Shown one piece after another: positions 1-7,972 of a stretch of DNA of 32,000 nucleotides. The stretch is from Thermococcus kodakarensis KOD1 (GTDB lineage: Archaea; Methanobacteriota_B; Thermococci; Thermococcales; Thermococcaceae). The stretch lies in the NCBI RefSeq assembly GCF_000009965.1, contig NC_006624.1, positions 900,001-932,000 of the forward strand, read 5' to 3'. Numbering within the stretch: position 1 is the stretch's first letter; every line of letters starts with the position of its first letter. Below the pieces are notes generated by a model. That model ran no database searches and was not told the origin of the DNA. It was given only the letters and a program-made list of their open reading frames with translations. The position numbers were made by a program, and so were the translations under genes.

Positions 1-95
1 ACCTTTTTTCTGCAAGGATCGGGACAATAAATCCCTTTTGATCGAGGGATAACTACCGGGAATATCCCGCGGGCAACCCAACAACTGCCGCTTAT

Positions 96-111
96 GAAAA
101 AGGTTTTATAT
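96..111 (+). promoter_or_regulatory. candidate BRE/TATA promoter for the 144..383 gene
   Basis: Purine-rich GAAAAAGG is followed by TTTTATAT (104..111), upstream of the ATG at 144. A second AT-rich element, CATAAAATAG, lies at 121..130, so the exact TATA box is ambiguous. Confidence 0.4.
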
Positions 112-143
112 GCCTTCCTTCATAAAATAGAGTGGTGATACGT

Positions 144-383
144 ATGCAAATCGTCGAAATAGACATAAAGCTCCCCTACAAGGAGAGGGGGGTCATACTG
201 TCGAAGATCGTTTCCAAGTTTGGTGGCAGGATAAAGGACATACACTTCCACCCGCCCGATCCAAAGGGCATCGGAGAAGTTAGAGTTGAGCTGGAAGTAG
301 AAAACGGAAAGAGCATAATCTCAGAGCTTAAGAGGCTCCTGAAAGGTGGTAGATTCTCCTTCAGGATACTCAGCGAGGCTTGA
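144..383 (+). CDS. small hypothetical protein (79 aa), possibly ACT/ferredoxin-like fold
   Basis: The ATG at 144 is preceded by GGTGA (134..138); the ORF track starts at GTG 132. Hydrophobic and charged residues alternate in a pattern compatible with a small alpha/beta regulatory domain. No family recognised with certainty. Confidence 0.55.
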   Translation: MQIVEIDIKLPYKERGVILSKIVSKFGGRIKDIHFHPPDPKGIGEVRVELEVENGKSIISELKRLLKGGRFSFRILSEA

Positions 384-433
384 TTTCTGCCTTTCTTATC
401 TCTCCGGTTCAAGTTTTCGAGTTCCGGATTTTT
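384..433 (+). terminator. T-rich tract plus hairpin-T5 downstream of the 144..383 gene
   Basis: TTTCTGCCTTTCTTATCTC follows the stop directly. TCCGG(403..407)/CCGGA(424..428) can pair and are followed by TTTTT (429..433). The element overlaps the 3' end of the convergent gene. Confidence 0.35.
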
Positions 434-1701
434 GCCACTAAGCTCAACGGCAGCAGTGACAGCAACGCCAGAACTCCAACTCCACATATACCCTCATTCT
501 TGGACGTTGATGAACTACTGCTTTCAGTCTTCTTGGTCGTGGAGCTGGAGTAATCAGTGTAATTCGTCTCCCTGGGAGTGGAAGTTGTAGAAGATTCAGA
601 AGATTCCACAGTCCAGTTCTCGTGAACCGCCGGACAGGAACAGCAGTGAACGTCCCGGTATTTGACGGGAGCAGGAATAACCGTTACCCCCTCCTCGGAC
701 ACGTGAATCAGCGGGAGTTCTCTAAGGGTGTTGTTCTCGTAGAGGTATATTGAAACGTTCATCGGTCTCGGAGGGTATTTTTTAGTAAGGTACGGGGGGC
801 TAAATATGAATCTATAATCTCCGCTGTGAAACGTGTAGTTATCCTCCACCCACATGCTCCCGTTGAAATAGGCTATCCCTCTCCCAGGAGGCACGATCAA
901 AAGTCCATCTCCCATGGTTATCGCACAGGAGTCGTTGACCGGCTGAAGTCTTGACTTCAACTCTTCCTCCAAGGGGATTCTGTACTTTGACGAAACGACG
1001 ATCCAGTCACCCTCAATTTTCAGGGGCAGACACTTCCGGTTCCTGAGAGTGAAGAAATCAAACGGTAGCAAGTTATGCAACCAGGCATCGTAAGGGCTGA
1101 ACTTGTCCTCAAGGCTCAAGTTCTTCTCGTTCCCAACGGCCACCAACTTAATGGATTCATCCACCCTGTACAGGCTTCTGTTTCCTATGGGATACTCGTA
1201 AATCAGAACGTAAGGCATTGAAATGTTAAGATCCCCCTGCTGGGGCACTTCTCCAATCTTCTGGATTGCACCGTTGCAGTAGCGGATTACCGTTAAATGA
1301 TCAGCGCAGGGAGGATGCTTCATTGGAAAACTCGTGTTGGTGGAGGCTGGAAGGAAAAGATACAGCCAGCCCTTATAAAAAGCCAGGGGTGGCAGCTCGA
1401 ACCCCGAAAAAGCCATGTAATCAACGTAGTAGGCACCGCTCTCATTGACATAGAAGATGAAATAAGTCCAAAGGTCAATGGGCATGAGAGTTACGGGGTC
1501 GTACTCTGTAGTGAGACCGGCTTCTTCGTAATAATCGTATTCGACTCCCACAAGGGCTCCTTTGGAGTCAGCGTAGATCACGAAGGGCTGGAGCGAAATC
1601 CCCCAGGGATAGTTGGAGTACTCCTGGGCGGATACATTCTGGAGGGACAAGACAAGAAGAAGGAAAATGGAAAGCGCTCCAGCTGGCTTTAGCTTAGACA
1701 T
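409..1701 (-). CDS. secreted, membrane-anchored surface protein with S/T-rich stalk and Cys-Gly C-terminal anchor (CGP-CTERM-like variant)
   Basis: N-terminal signal peptide MSKLKPAGALSIFLLLVLSLQNVSA-QE. Many N-x-S/T sequons. Ser/Thr-rich linker. C-terminus is ICGVG + hydrophobic helix + KIRNSKT. The start overlaps the stop of the upstream gene by 8 nt. Confidence 0.8.
   Translation of the reverse strand: MSKLKPAGALSIFLLLVLSLQNVSAQEYSNYPWGISLQPFVIYADSKGALVGVEYDYYEEAGLTTEYDPVTLMPIDLWTYFIFYVNESGAYYVDYMAFSGFELPPLAFYKGWLYLFLPASTNTSFPMKHPPCADHLTVIRYCNGAIQKIGEVPQQGDLNISMPYVLIYEYPIGNRSLYRVDESIKLVAVGNEKNLSLEDKFSPYDAWLHNLLPFDFFTLRNRKCLPLKIEGDWIVVSSKYRIPLEEELKSRLQPVNDSCAITMGDGLLIVPPGRGIAYFNGSMWVEDNYTFHSGDYRFIFSPPYLTKKYPPRPMNVSIYLYENNTLRELPLIHVSEEGVTVIPAPVKYRDVHCCSCPAVHENWTVESSESSTTSTPRETNYTDYSSSTTKKTESSSSSTSKNEGICGVGVLALLSLLPLSLVAKIRNSKT
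502..606 (-). repeat. low-complexity Ser/Thr-rich linker coding region
   Basis: Encodes ESSESSTTSTPRETNYTDYSSSTTKKTESSSSSTS immediately before the C-terminal Cys-Gly/TM segment. Confidence 0.7.
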
Positions 1702-2572
1702 AATCGCACACCCCGTTCAGGTATTCCAGGGCTTCCACCCTTACATCATAATAATAGGCCCTTCTTGGAGGCTTTCCTAGAACCTGGACGTAGTCGCAGG
1801 CCCTCTGGCGGTACACAGGGTTGTTGAGGACTGCCCCATCGCATTCAAACTCGTAATAGATGTTGTCAACGCCTCTGTAATTGCGGAGGTTCTCTTTGGC
1901 ATCGTCAACATACATCTTCCACTGTTTTAGTGTGTCACTGTTGGCTGGGAGAAGCTCTCCCTTGTAGTAATTGGGTTGTAGAAACACCCAATCGAAGTAG
2001 TATGCGGCGTGGTGGTTGTATGAATCTTTTTTAAATACCCTCTTCCCTTCTATTTCTGATTTAGTAGTATAATGCATGTAAGGTATCCATATGAACTCAA
2101 AGCCGGCTTCGTGTATCCTGTTGGCCAGTTCAGAGATCACGGTCTCCCAGGAAGCTCCCACTGCTTTGGCCTCGAACATCATTGGGCACTCGTAATTCCA
2201 GTAGAACCCTCTGAGGTTGTAGTCTGAGGAGATTACGAACACATCAATCCATCGCTTCCAGTAGTCCGGTCCCCTTGGAGTGTCCGATCTGTACTTGTAG
2301 TAGGGTATCTCAACGTAGTAAGGCATGGTCACGTTCTCGCTCAGAAATTCCGAGAGGGTGTATGCATCTTCTCCGGGGTCACCGGTGTAGATCATGGACT
2401 TACCCTCTATGCCCCAACCGGTATCGAGGATAACAAGGCTGTCAATCCCCACTTCCCTCAGCTTCTCCTGCACGGTGCTCATGGTGGTGTCTCCGTGATA
2501 CTTCATGAGGCTCCTGAAGTCTCTTCCATCCCACTTAAGGTACCACAATCCAAACGTTCTCCCGTATCCCAT
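1694..2572 (-). CDS. hypothetical cytoplasmic protein, TIM-barrel/glycoside-hydrolase-like (DUF4855-like guess)
   Basis: 292-aa ORF with GGAGGT 7 nt upstream of the ATG at 2572 and no signal peptide. It is W/Y-rich, with an FYWNYE motif reminiscent of DUF4855-type barrels. The family assignment is from memory only. Confidence 0.7.
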   Translation of the reverse strand: MGYGRTFGLWYLKWDGRDFRSLMKYHGDTTMSTVQEKLREVGIDSLVILDTGWGIEGKSMIYTGDPGEDAYTLSEFLSENVTMPYYVEIPYYKYRSDTPRGPDYWKRWIDVFVISSDYNLRGFYWNYECPMMFEAKAVGASWETVISELANRIHEAGFEFIWIPYMHYTTKSEIEGKRVFKKDSYNHHAAYYFDWVFLQPNYYKGELLPANSDTLKQWKMYVDDAKENLRNYRGVDNIYYEFECDGAVLNNPVYRQRACDYVQVLGKPPRRAYYYDVRVEALEYLNGVCDYV

Positions 2573-2697
2573 TTTACAACCTCCAGATGGTCTTCAGAAT
2601 TACATACACAAATTGAACTTATAACGTTTTCTATTCTGATTTTGCATACACTTCTAAATAGTAAGCAAAACTTGAAAATGCCAAGGGAAGAAAAGGG

Positions 2698-3456
2698 CTA
2701 TCCCTTAACGCCCCTGTTCAGCTCTTCCAGCTTTTCTCTGGCTTTTTCAACGGAGCCTGCCTTCTCTATTGCGGTCCCCGTGACAATAATATCGGCTCCA
2801 GCCTTTACGGCAGCCCTCGCCTGCTCCTCCGTTCTGATACCGCCGCCCACTATCAGTGGAACATCAATAACGCGCTTCACAAGGCCTATCATCTCGGGCG
2901 GAACTGGCTGAGGTGCACCGCTTCCCGCTTCGAGGTAGACGAGTCTCATCCCGAGGTACTGGCCGGCTAAAGCGTAGGCTGCTGCTATTTTCGGCTTGTG
3001 CCTTGGGATGGGCTTTGCGTCCCCGACCCAGCCCACGGTTTCTCCCGGCTCAATGATCAGATAGGCCATCGGGATCGGCTCTATGCCGTATCGCTTGACC
3101 TGAAAAGCTCCCAGCGCCTGGGCTCCCGTTATGAAGAACGGGTTCCGCGAGTTGAGAAGGCTCATGAAGAAAATCGCATCGGCGTACTTACTTATCCCGC
3201 CGTGTGAACCCGGAAACAGAATTACGGGAAGGTTCGAGCTTTCCTTTATGGCCCTAACAACGCTGTCGAGGACTTCCCCCTCGGCCCCAGTTGAGCCGCC
3301 AACCATTATCGCATCAACGCCAACTTCTTCGCTCATACTCGCCAGCTCTCCTGCAAGTTCGGGGGAAACGTCGTCTGGATCGAGGAGAACGAAGTGGAGC
3401 TTTTCCCTTTCCAGCTTCTCGTGGATGTAGGTTTCGACTTTTCCAAGCTTGAGCAT
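2698..3456 (-). CDS. geranylgeranylglyceryl phosphate synthase (GGGPS, PcrB family)
   Basis: Full-length match by eye to archaeal GGGPS: LLDPD, MVGGS, ILFPG, YLEAGSGA and IVGGGIR motifs in a TIM barrel of about 250 aa. Confidence 0.93.
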   Translation of the reverse strand: MLKLGKVETYIHEKLEREKLHFVLLDPDDVSPELAGELASMSEEVGVDAIMVGGSTGAEGEVLDSVVRAIKESSNLPVILFPGSHGGISKYADAIFFMSLLNSRNPFFITGAQALGAFQVKRYGIEPIPMAYLIIEPGETVGWVGDAKPIPRHKPKIAAAYALAGQYLGMRLVYLEAGSGAPQPVPPEMIGLVKRVIDVPLIVGGGIRTEEQARAAVKAGADIIVTGTAIEKAGSVEKAREKLEELNRGVKG

Positions 3457-3458
3457 AC

Positions 3459-3941
3459 TTACACCCCCATAAACTTTCTGATGTCATCTTCACCCGTGGA
3501 TTCGTCAATTAAGAGACAGTGCACGCCAAGACTATCAGCATGGGCACACATAGGTTTATCACGGGTTATTAGAGAGTATCCCCTCTCAAGGGCAAGGGCC
3601 AGGAAATAAGTATCAAATCCAGAGGGAGCCTCGGCAGACGCTATGGTCTTAGCGGTGTCAGATAATTTCTCTTCACCAATAATCTCAAAGGAGTTCTCAA
3701 CGGCATTCCCAAGTCTCATTGCGAATTTTTGGTCGCCGCTTAGTCTTTTGGCAACACTAATAACTTCCACAACAGCAACTCTGGGGACTGCGACTTTCTT
3801 GTCCTTAGAAAGGGCCAGCACAAGGCGGCACTTATCAAGAATTCCCCTTCTCTGCTTCAATTGAGGATGATTCGAATTGTAAAAAAAGGCTCCTATAATG
3901 ACGTTTGTATCAATAACGAACCCTCTTTCTCCCTCTAACAT
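3459..3941 (-). CDS. PIN-domain ribonuclease toxin (VapC-like)
   Basis: FVIDTNV (first Asp), VVEV, FDTYF and ITRD acidic residues fit the PIN pattern. The start is taken at ATG 3941 (MLEGERG), not the track start 3989, which would run through the antitoxin gene. It overlaps the antitoxin 3' end by 32 nt. Confidence 0.85.
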   Translation of the reverse strand: MLEGERGFVIDTNVIIGAFFYNSNHPQLKQRRGILDKCRLVLALSKDKKVAVPRVAVVEVISVAKRLSGDQKFAMRLGNAVENSFEIIGEEKLSDTAKTIASAEAPSGFDTYFLALALERGYSLITRDKPMCAHADSLGVHCLLIDESTGEDDIRKFMGV

Positions 3942-4113
3942 CGTCCAGCACTTCCTCGATATCTGTGTTAACGGGAATTCCCTCAACACTCTCCATTAAG
4001 TCCCAAATTGTTTCTCCAACAATAACTTTAACCTTGGCTCCCTTGGGGAGATTAACTTTCTTGAGGGGCCTAAACTTCTCCCCATCATAGACGGCCTCGA
4101 TAACTGTCCCCAT
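3910..4113 (-). CDS. DUF104-family antitoxin (AF2212-like) partner of the PIN toxin
   Basis: 67 aa. The N-terminus VIEAVYDGEKFRPLKKVNLPKGAKVKVIV is the typical DUF104 beta-barrel signature. GGTGGA lies upstream of the ATG at 4113. Confidence 0.8.
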   Translation of the reverse strand: MGTVIEAVYDGEKFRPLKKVNLPKGAKVKVIVGETIWDLMESVEGIPVNTDIEEVLDDVRGRKRVRY

Positions 4114-4124
4114 AGGTTTCCACC

Positions 4125-4553
4125 TTATTCCAATATTTCCTCGGCACTTTTAACGGTTTTCCAGCTGAGGCCAAGTCTGGTAAGAACTCCGACTAGGATT
4201 TTGTCAGGCTCCTCTTCGAAGCGGTAGAGGTTTGTGCTAACTCTGACGTCTCCAGCTCCGAAGCCTTCCACCGGCTCTCCAAACTTCGAGACCTCCAGCG
4301 AAAGCCTCTCCTCAAGTCTTTCTTCGCTCGGAATTAGATAGGCTCTCAAAAGTTCCGCCTCTTTGAGGAGGTAGTCAATGTGCCAGTGGAGCTTCTTGTC
4401 CTCTCTGAAGTGCCTTTCCACCCTCTTTTCGAGCGAGTTCATAGCGGAGCCGACGTAGACGTAGTAGCCCGCCTTTAAGGGAAACTCCCTGGCTTTAGTG
4501 CGGATGACTTTGTCGTTCTCCAGGAGGATTACGAGAAAGTAGGAACCCTTCAT
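4125..4553 (-). CDS. DUF123 / GIY-YIG-like nuclease family protein
   Basis: 142 aa starting at ATG 4553 (MKGSYFLVILLE). The motifs YYVYVGSA...RVERHF...HWHIDYL are characteristic of DUF123. The 298-aa track ORF is this gene fused to an antisense open frame. Confidence 0.75.
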   Translation of the reverse strand: MKGSYFLVILLENDKVIRTKAREFPLKAGYYVYVGSAMNSLEKRVERHFREDKKLHWHIDYLLKEAELLRAYLIPSEERLEERLSLEVSKFGEPVEGFGAGDVRVSTNLYRFEEEPDKILVGVLTRLGLSWKTVKSAEEILE

Positions 4554-4574
4554 AGGTGGCAGTTTGCTGCAGGG

Positions 4575-4582
4575 TTTATAAA
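4575..4582. promoter_or_regulatory. palindromic TATA box (TTTATAAA) in a 63-nt divergent intergenic region; candidate bidirectional promoter
   Basis: This is the only AT-rich element between ATG 4553 (minus) and ATG 4617 (plus). Its symmetric sequence could serve both orientations. Confidence 0.45.
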
Positions 4583-4616
4583 GAGTTCCACCGAGTCCTA
4601 AACAAAGGTGTTGATC

Positions 4617-5024
4617 ATGGTCGAAGACAAAAAAAGAGAGGTCAAAAAGCGCCCCGTTGATGAGTTCGCGTGGCAGGAATACGACCTTGAAGAATTTAAA
4701 AGAACTTTTCCAGCCCTTGCGAGAGAGCTTGAGGAGGAACCTGGCCTGAGCATAGACGCCTACAGGACTTCCGAGGAGGAAGCCCTCGAAGAGGAAGAGC
4801 TTGAACTCCAGGACTTCTCCGGCTACAACCCGACGATAATCGACTTCCTGAGGCGGTGCGAAACCGACGATGAGGCTCTGGAGATAATCAACTGGATGGA
4901 GGAAAGAGGCGAGATAACCCACGAGATGGCGAAGGAGCTTAGGATAGTCCTGGCCAAAAAGGGAGTAAGGGCCTTCGGGCCGAAAAAGGAGTGGGGCTGG
5001 TACGAGAGACACGGCAGGCATTGA
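4617..5024 (+). CDS. conserved archaeal acidic protein (DUF2095-like)
   Basis: The ATG at 4617 lies 6 nt after AAGGTG. Coding-like composition. GYNPTIIDFLRRC and a C-terminal WGWYERHG resemble DUF2095 as I remember it. Confidence 0.65.
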   Translation: MVEDKKREVKKRPVDEFAWQEYDLEEFKRTFPALARELEEEPGLSIDAYRTSEEEALEEEELELQDFSGYNPTIIDFLRRCETDDEALEIINWMEERGEITHEMAKELRIVLAKKGVRAFGPKKEWGWYERHGRH

Positions 5025-5111
5025 GATATCTTGTTCTTCCTGTTTTCTATGGGATTGTCAGCGCCCGCAACCCTTTAAAAGGCATTTTCCCAGTCCTGCC
5101 CGGTGGTGAGA

Positions 5112-6896
5112 ATGCCAAGGATAGCGGTCATCGATTACGACAAGTGCAATCCGGATAAGTGCGGTCACTTCCTCTGTGAGAGAGTCTGCCCCGTGAACAG
5201 GATGGGCGGAGAGGCTATCATAATAGACGAGGAGAACTACCGCCCGATAATTCAGGAGGCGAGCTGTACGGGCTGTGGAATCTGCGTTCACAAGTGCCCG
5301 TTCAACGCGATAACGATAGTGAACCTTCCGGAGGAGCTTGAGGAAGGCTGCGTCCACCGCTACGGAATAAACGCCTTCGTCCTCTACCGCTTACCGGTAG
5401 TCAAGGAGGGTATGGTCGTCGGTGTCCTCGGTCCAAACGGAACCGGTAAGACGACGGCCGTTAAAATACTCTCGGGCCAGCTCATTCCGAACCTCTGCGG
5501 AAACAACGATAACTGGGACAACGTCATAAAGGCATTCCGCGGCAACGAGCTCCAGAACTACTTTGAGAAGCTCAAGAAGGGCGAGATAAGACCTATAGTC
5601 AAGCCGCAGTACGTTGACCTCATCCCAAAGGCCGTGAAGGGCAAAGTTAGAGACCTGCTCAAGAAGGCTGACGAGACCGGAAAGTTCGACGAAGTCGTCA
5701 AGGAGCTTGAGCTTGAGAATATCTTGGATAGGGAAATCCAGCAGTTATCGGGTGGTGAACTGCAGAGGGTTGCGATAGCAGCGGCCCTTCTCAGGAATGC
5801 CCACTTCTACTTCTTCGATGAGCCCTCAAGCTACCTCGACATAAGGCAGAGGCTCAGGATAGCGAAGACTATCAGGAGGCTCGCCGAGAGTGGAAAGAAC
5901 GTTCTCACAGTCGAGCACGATTTAGCCCTGCTCGACTACATGAGCGACATAATCCACGTCGTCTACGGTAAACCGGGAGCCTACGGTATCTTCTCCCAGC
6001 CCAAATCAACGAGAAACGGAATAAATGAGTTCCTTAGGGGCTACCTGAGGGACGAGAACGTCCGCTTCAGGCCCTTCGAGATAACTTTCACCAAGACGGG
6101 TGAGAGAAAGGCCCAGGAGGGCGAGATACTCGTCCAGTACCCGAGGCTCGTAAAGGAGTATGAAAACGGCTCCTTCAGGCTTGAGGTCGAGGGAGGAGAG
6201 CTCTACGTTGGAGAAGTTGTTGGTATCGTCGGGCCGAACGGTATCGGAAAGACGACCTTCGTGAAGATGCTCGCCGGAGTTGAGAAACCCACAGAGGGAG
6301 AAGTTGACTGGTCGCTCACCGTCAGCTACAAGCCCCAGTACATCAAGACGGACTACGAGGGAACTGTCTTCGACCTTCTGAGCAAGATAGACGCCTCGAA
6401 GCTCATGAGCAACTTCTACAAGACTGAACTGCTCAACCCGCTCGGTATTCCCGACCTCTACGACAGACAGGTCAACGAGCTCTCCGGTGGCGAGTTGCAG
6501 AGAGTAGCCATAACCGCCTGCCTGATCAGGGATGCCGACATTTACCTCATCGACGAGCCTTCAGCCCATCTCGACGTCGAGCAGAGGCTGGCAGTATCAA
6601 AGGCCATCCGCTCGCTCATGGCCAAGAACGAGAAGACAGCGCTGATAGTCGAGCACGACGTCATGATGGTGGACTACCTCAGCGACCGCCTCATAGTCTT
6701 CGAGGGCGAGCCAGGAAAGTACGGAAGAGCACTCCCGCCGATGGGCATGAGGGAGGGAATGAACCGCTTTTTAGCCAACATCGGGATAACCTTCAGGCGC
6801 GACCCCGACACAGGAAGGCCGAGGGCCAACAAAGAGGGCTCAGTTAAGGACAGGGAGCAGAAGGAGAGGGGTGAGTACTACTACCTCTCAGCCTGA
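5112..6896 (+). CDS. abcE1: ABCE1 / RNase L inhibitor homologue (ribosome recycling ATPase)
   Basis: N-terminal double 4Fe-4S cluster domain (CNPDKCGHFLCERVCP, CTGCGICVHKCP). Two NBDs with GPNGTGKTT / GPNGIGKTT Walker A motifs and two LSGGELQR signatures. The ATG at 5112 follows GGTGGTGA. Confidence 0.95.
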   Translation: MPRIAVIDYDKCNPDKCGHFLCERVCPVNRMGGEAIIIDEENYRPIIQEASCTGCGICVHKCPFNAITIVNLPEELEEGCVHRYGINAFVLYRLPVVKEGMVVGVLGPNGTGKTTAVKILSGQLIPNLCGNNDNWDNVIKAFRGNELQNYFEKLKKGEIRPIVKPQYVDLIPKAVKGKVRDLLKKADETGKFDEVVKELELENILDREIQQLSGGELQRVAIAAALLRNAHFYFFDEPSSYLDIRQRLRIAKTIRRLAESGKNVLTVEHDLALLDYMSDIIHVVYGKPGAYGIFSQPKSTRNGINEFLRGYLRDENVRFRPFEITFTKTGERKAQEGEILVQYPRLVKEYENGSFRLEVEGGELYVGEVVGIVGPNGIGKTTFVKMLAGVEKPTEGEVDWSLTVSYKPQYIKTDYEGTVFDLLSKIDASKLMSNFYKTELLNPLGIPDLYDRQVNELSGGELQRVAITACLIRDADIYLIDEPSAHLDVEQRLAVSKAIRSLMAKNEKTALIVEHDVMMVDYLSDRLIVFEGEPGKYGRALPPMGMREGMNRFLANIGITFRRDPDTGRPRANKEGSVKDREQKERGEYYYLSA

Positions 6897-6903
6897 ATTC
6901 ACT

Positions 6904-6922
6904 CTTTTTCTGCCTTTTATTA
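6904..6922 (+). terminator. oligo-T terminator region after ABCE1
   Basis: CTTTTTCTGCCTTTTATTA begins 8 nt after the stop codon. Confidence 0.5.
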
Positions 6923-6940
6923 TCTCCATCTTGCGAAACC

Positions 6941-6948
6941 TATAAATT
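6941..6948 (+). promoter_or_regulatory. TATA box (TATAAATT) for the AIR-synthase-related gene
   Basis: Located about 32-39 nt upstream of ATG 6980, with AGGGGAT as a possible SD in between. Confidence 0.5.
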
Positions 6949-6979
6949 CCCCCAGACATTCTCCAGAAGGGGATGAAAA

Positions 6980-7972
6980 ATGCTTCCACCAGGAAAACTA
7001 CCTCCCGAGGCCCTTGAGAGGCTTTTTACCAAACTTGGCGCGAGCGACCCCCGGGTTCTGCTCGGCCCGGGTAAAGGAATAGATTTTGGAGCCGTTGACT
7101 TCGGCGAGAAAGCCTTAGTTGCCTCAACCGATCCGATAACTGGGGCGGTCGAGGACATCGGCTTCTACGCGGTTCATGTCAACGCCAATGACGTCGCCGT
7201 TGCGGGAGCGAGGCCAAAGTGGTTTTTAATCACGATACTCCTGCCCGAAGGGTCTGACGAGAGACTCCCGGAGAGGATAATGGACGAGATTGACAGAGAG
7301 GCAAAGAAGCTCGGTGTAGCGATTATCGGGGGCCACACCGAAGTAACCCCTGGTCTGGATAGGCCAATAGTCATTGGAACAATGCTTGGTGAAGTTGAGA
7401 GGGAAAAGCTTGTCAGGCCCGATGGGGCAAAGCCCGGTGACGCGATAGTCATGACGAAGTGGGCCGGGCTGGAGGGGACTTCAATAATAGCCCGCGAGAA
7501 GAGGGAAGAGCTAATCGGGGTATTCGGGAAGGACCTAGTTGAGAGGGCAGCCTCGCTTATAGACTACATCAGCGTCGTTCCTGAGGCGATCCTGGCGGCG
7601 GACTTTGGTGTCAACGCCATGCACGACCCAACGGAGGGAGGAATAGCCAACGGCCTCTACGAGATGGCGGATTCAGCCGGTTTGGGCTTCAGAGTTTTTC
7701 CCGACAAAATTCCTATACGGGATGAGACGAAGGCTATCTGCAGGTACTACAGCCTGAACCCACTAGCTCTCGTCGGTTCTGGTTCCCTCCTTATAGCGGT
7801 GAGCAGGGACCGTGCAAAGGCCCTCGTTGAGATACTCCTTTCGAGGGGGATAAACGCGGCCATCATCGGTGAGTTCCTAGCGGAGGAGAAAAGGGTCGCA
7901 GTCGTAAACGGGGAAGAAAGGCCCTTCCAGAGGCCAGAAACAGACGAACTTTGGAGAATCTTTGATGAGTAG
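6980..7972 (+). CDS. AIR synthase-related protein (PurM/HypE/ThiL superfamily)
   Basis: DFGAVDFG, STDPITG, HVNANDVAVAGARP and GGHTEV motifs are typical of the PurM-like N and C domains. Confidence 0.85.
   Translation: MLPPGKLPPEALERLFTKLGASDPRVLLGPGKGIDFGAVDFGEKALVASTDPITGAVEDIGFYAVHVNANDVAVAGARPKWFLITILLPEGSDERLPERIMDEIDREAKKLGVAIIGGHTEVTPGLDRPIVIGTMLGEVEREKLVRPDGAKPGDAIVMTKWAGLEGTSIIAREKREELIGVFGKDLVERAASLIDYISVVPEAILAADFGVNAMHDPTEGGIANGLYEMADSAGLGFRVFPDKIPIRDETKAICRYYSLNPLALVGSGSLLIAVSRDRAKALVEILLSRGINAAIIGEFLAEEKRVAVVNGEERPFQRPETDELWRIFDE

Noticed and set aside
132-143. N-terminal extensions from GTG/TTG starts proposed by the ORF track (132, 3989, 4608, 5103, 9272, 14303, 24955, 31048)
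   Set aside because: In each case an in-frame ATG a few codons downstream is preceded by a GGTGA/GGAGG-type SD at 5-9 nt. For 9311 the ATG also restores the obligatory Met-Cys N-terminus of Ntn amidotransferases. For 3941 it avoids reading through the antitoxin. The exact starts remain predictions.
2495-2911. 138-aa plus-strand ORF crossing the 2573..2697 intergenic region into the antisense of GGGPS
   Set aside because: It is antisense to two well-supported genes and crosses an AT-rich non-coding promoter region. Its composition is not protein-like.
4125-5021. 298-aa minus-strand ORF in the track, spanning the DUF123 gene and the whole region antisense to 4617..5024
   Set aside because: Only the C-terminal 142 aa (from ATG 4553) have the DUF123/GIY-YIG-like motifs and an upstream promoter. 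The N-terminal ~155 aa are the reverse complement of a GAG/GAA-rich acidic gene, a Leu/Phe/Pro-rich low-information translation. They would also run through the TATA box at 4575..4582. I treat it as an antisense open-frame artefact.
5058-5357. 99-aa minus-strand ORF antisense to the Fe-S domain of ABCE1
   Set aside because: A shadow ORF. The plus strand encodes the conserved double ferredoxin-like cysteine motifs of ABCE1.
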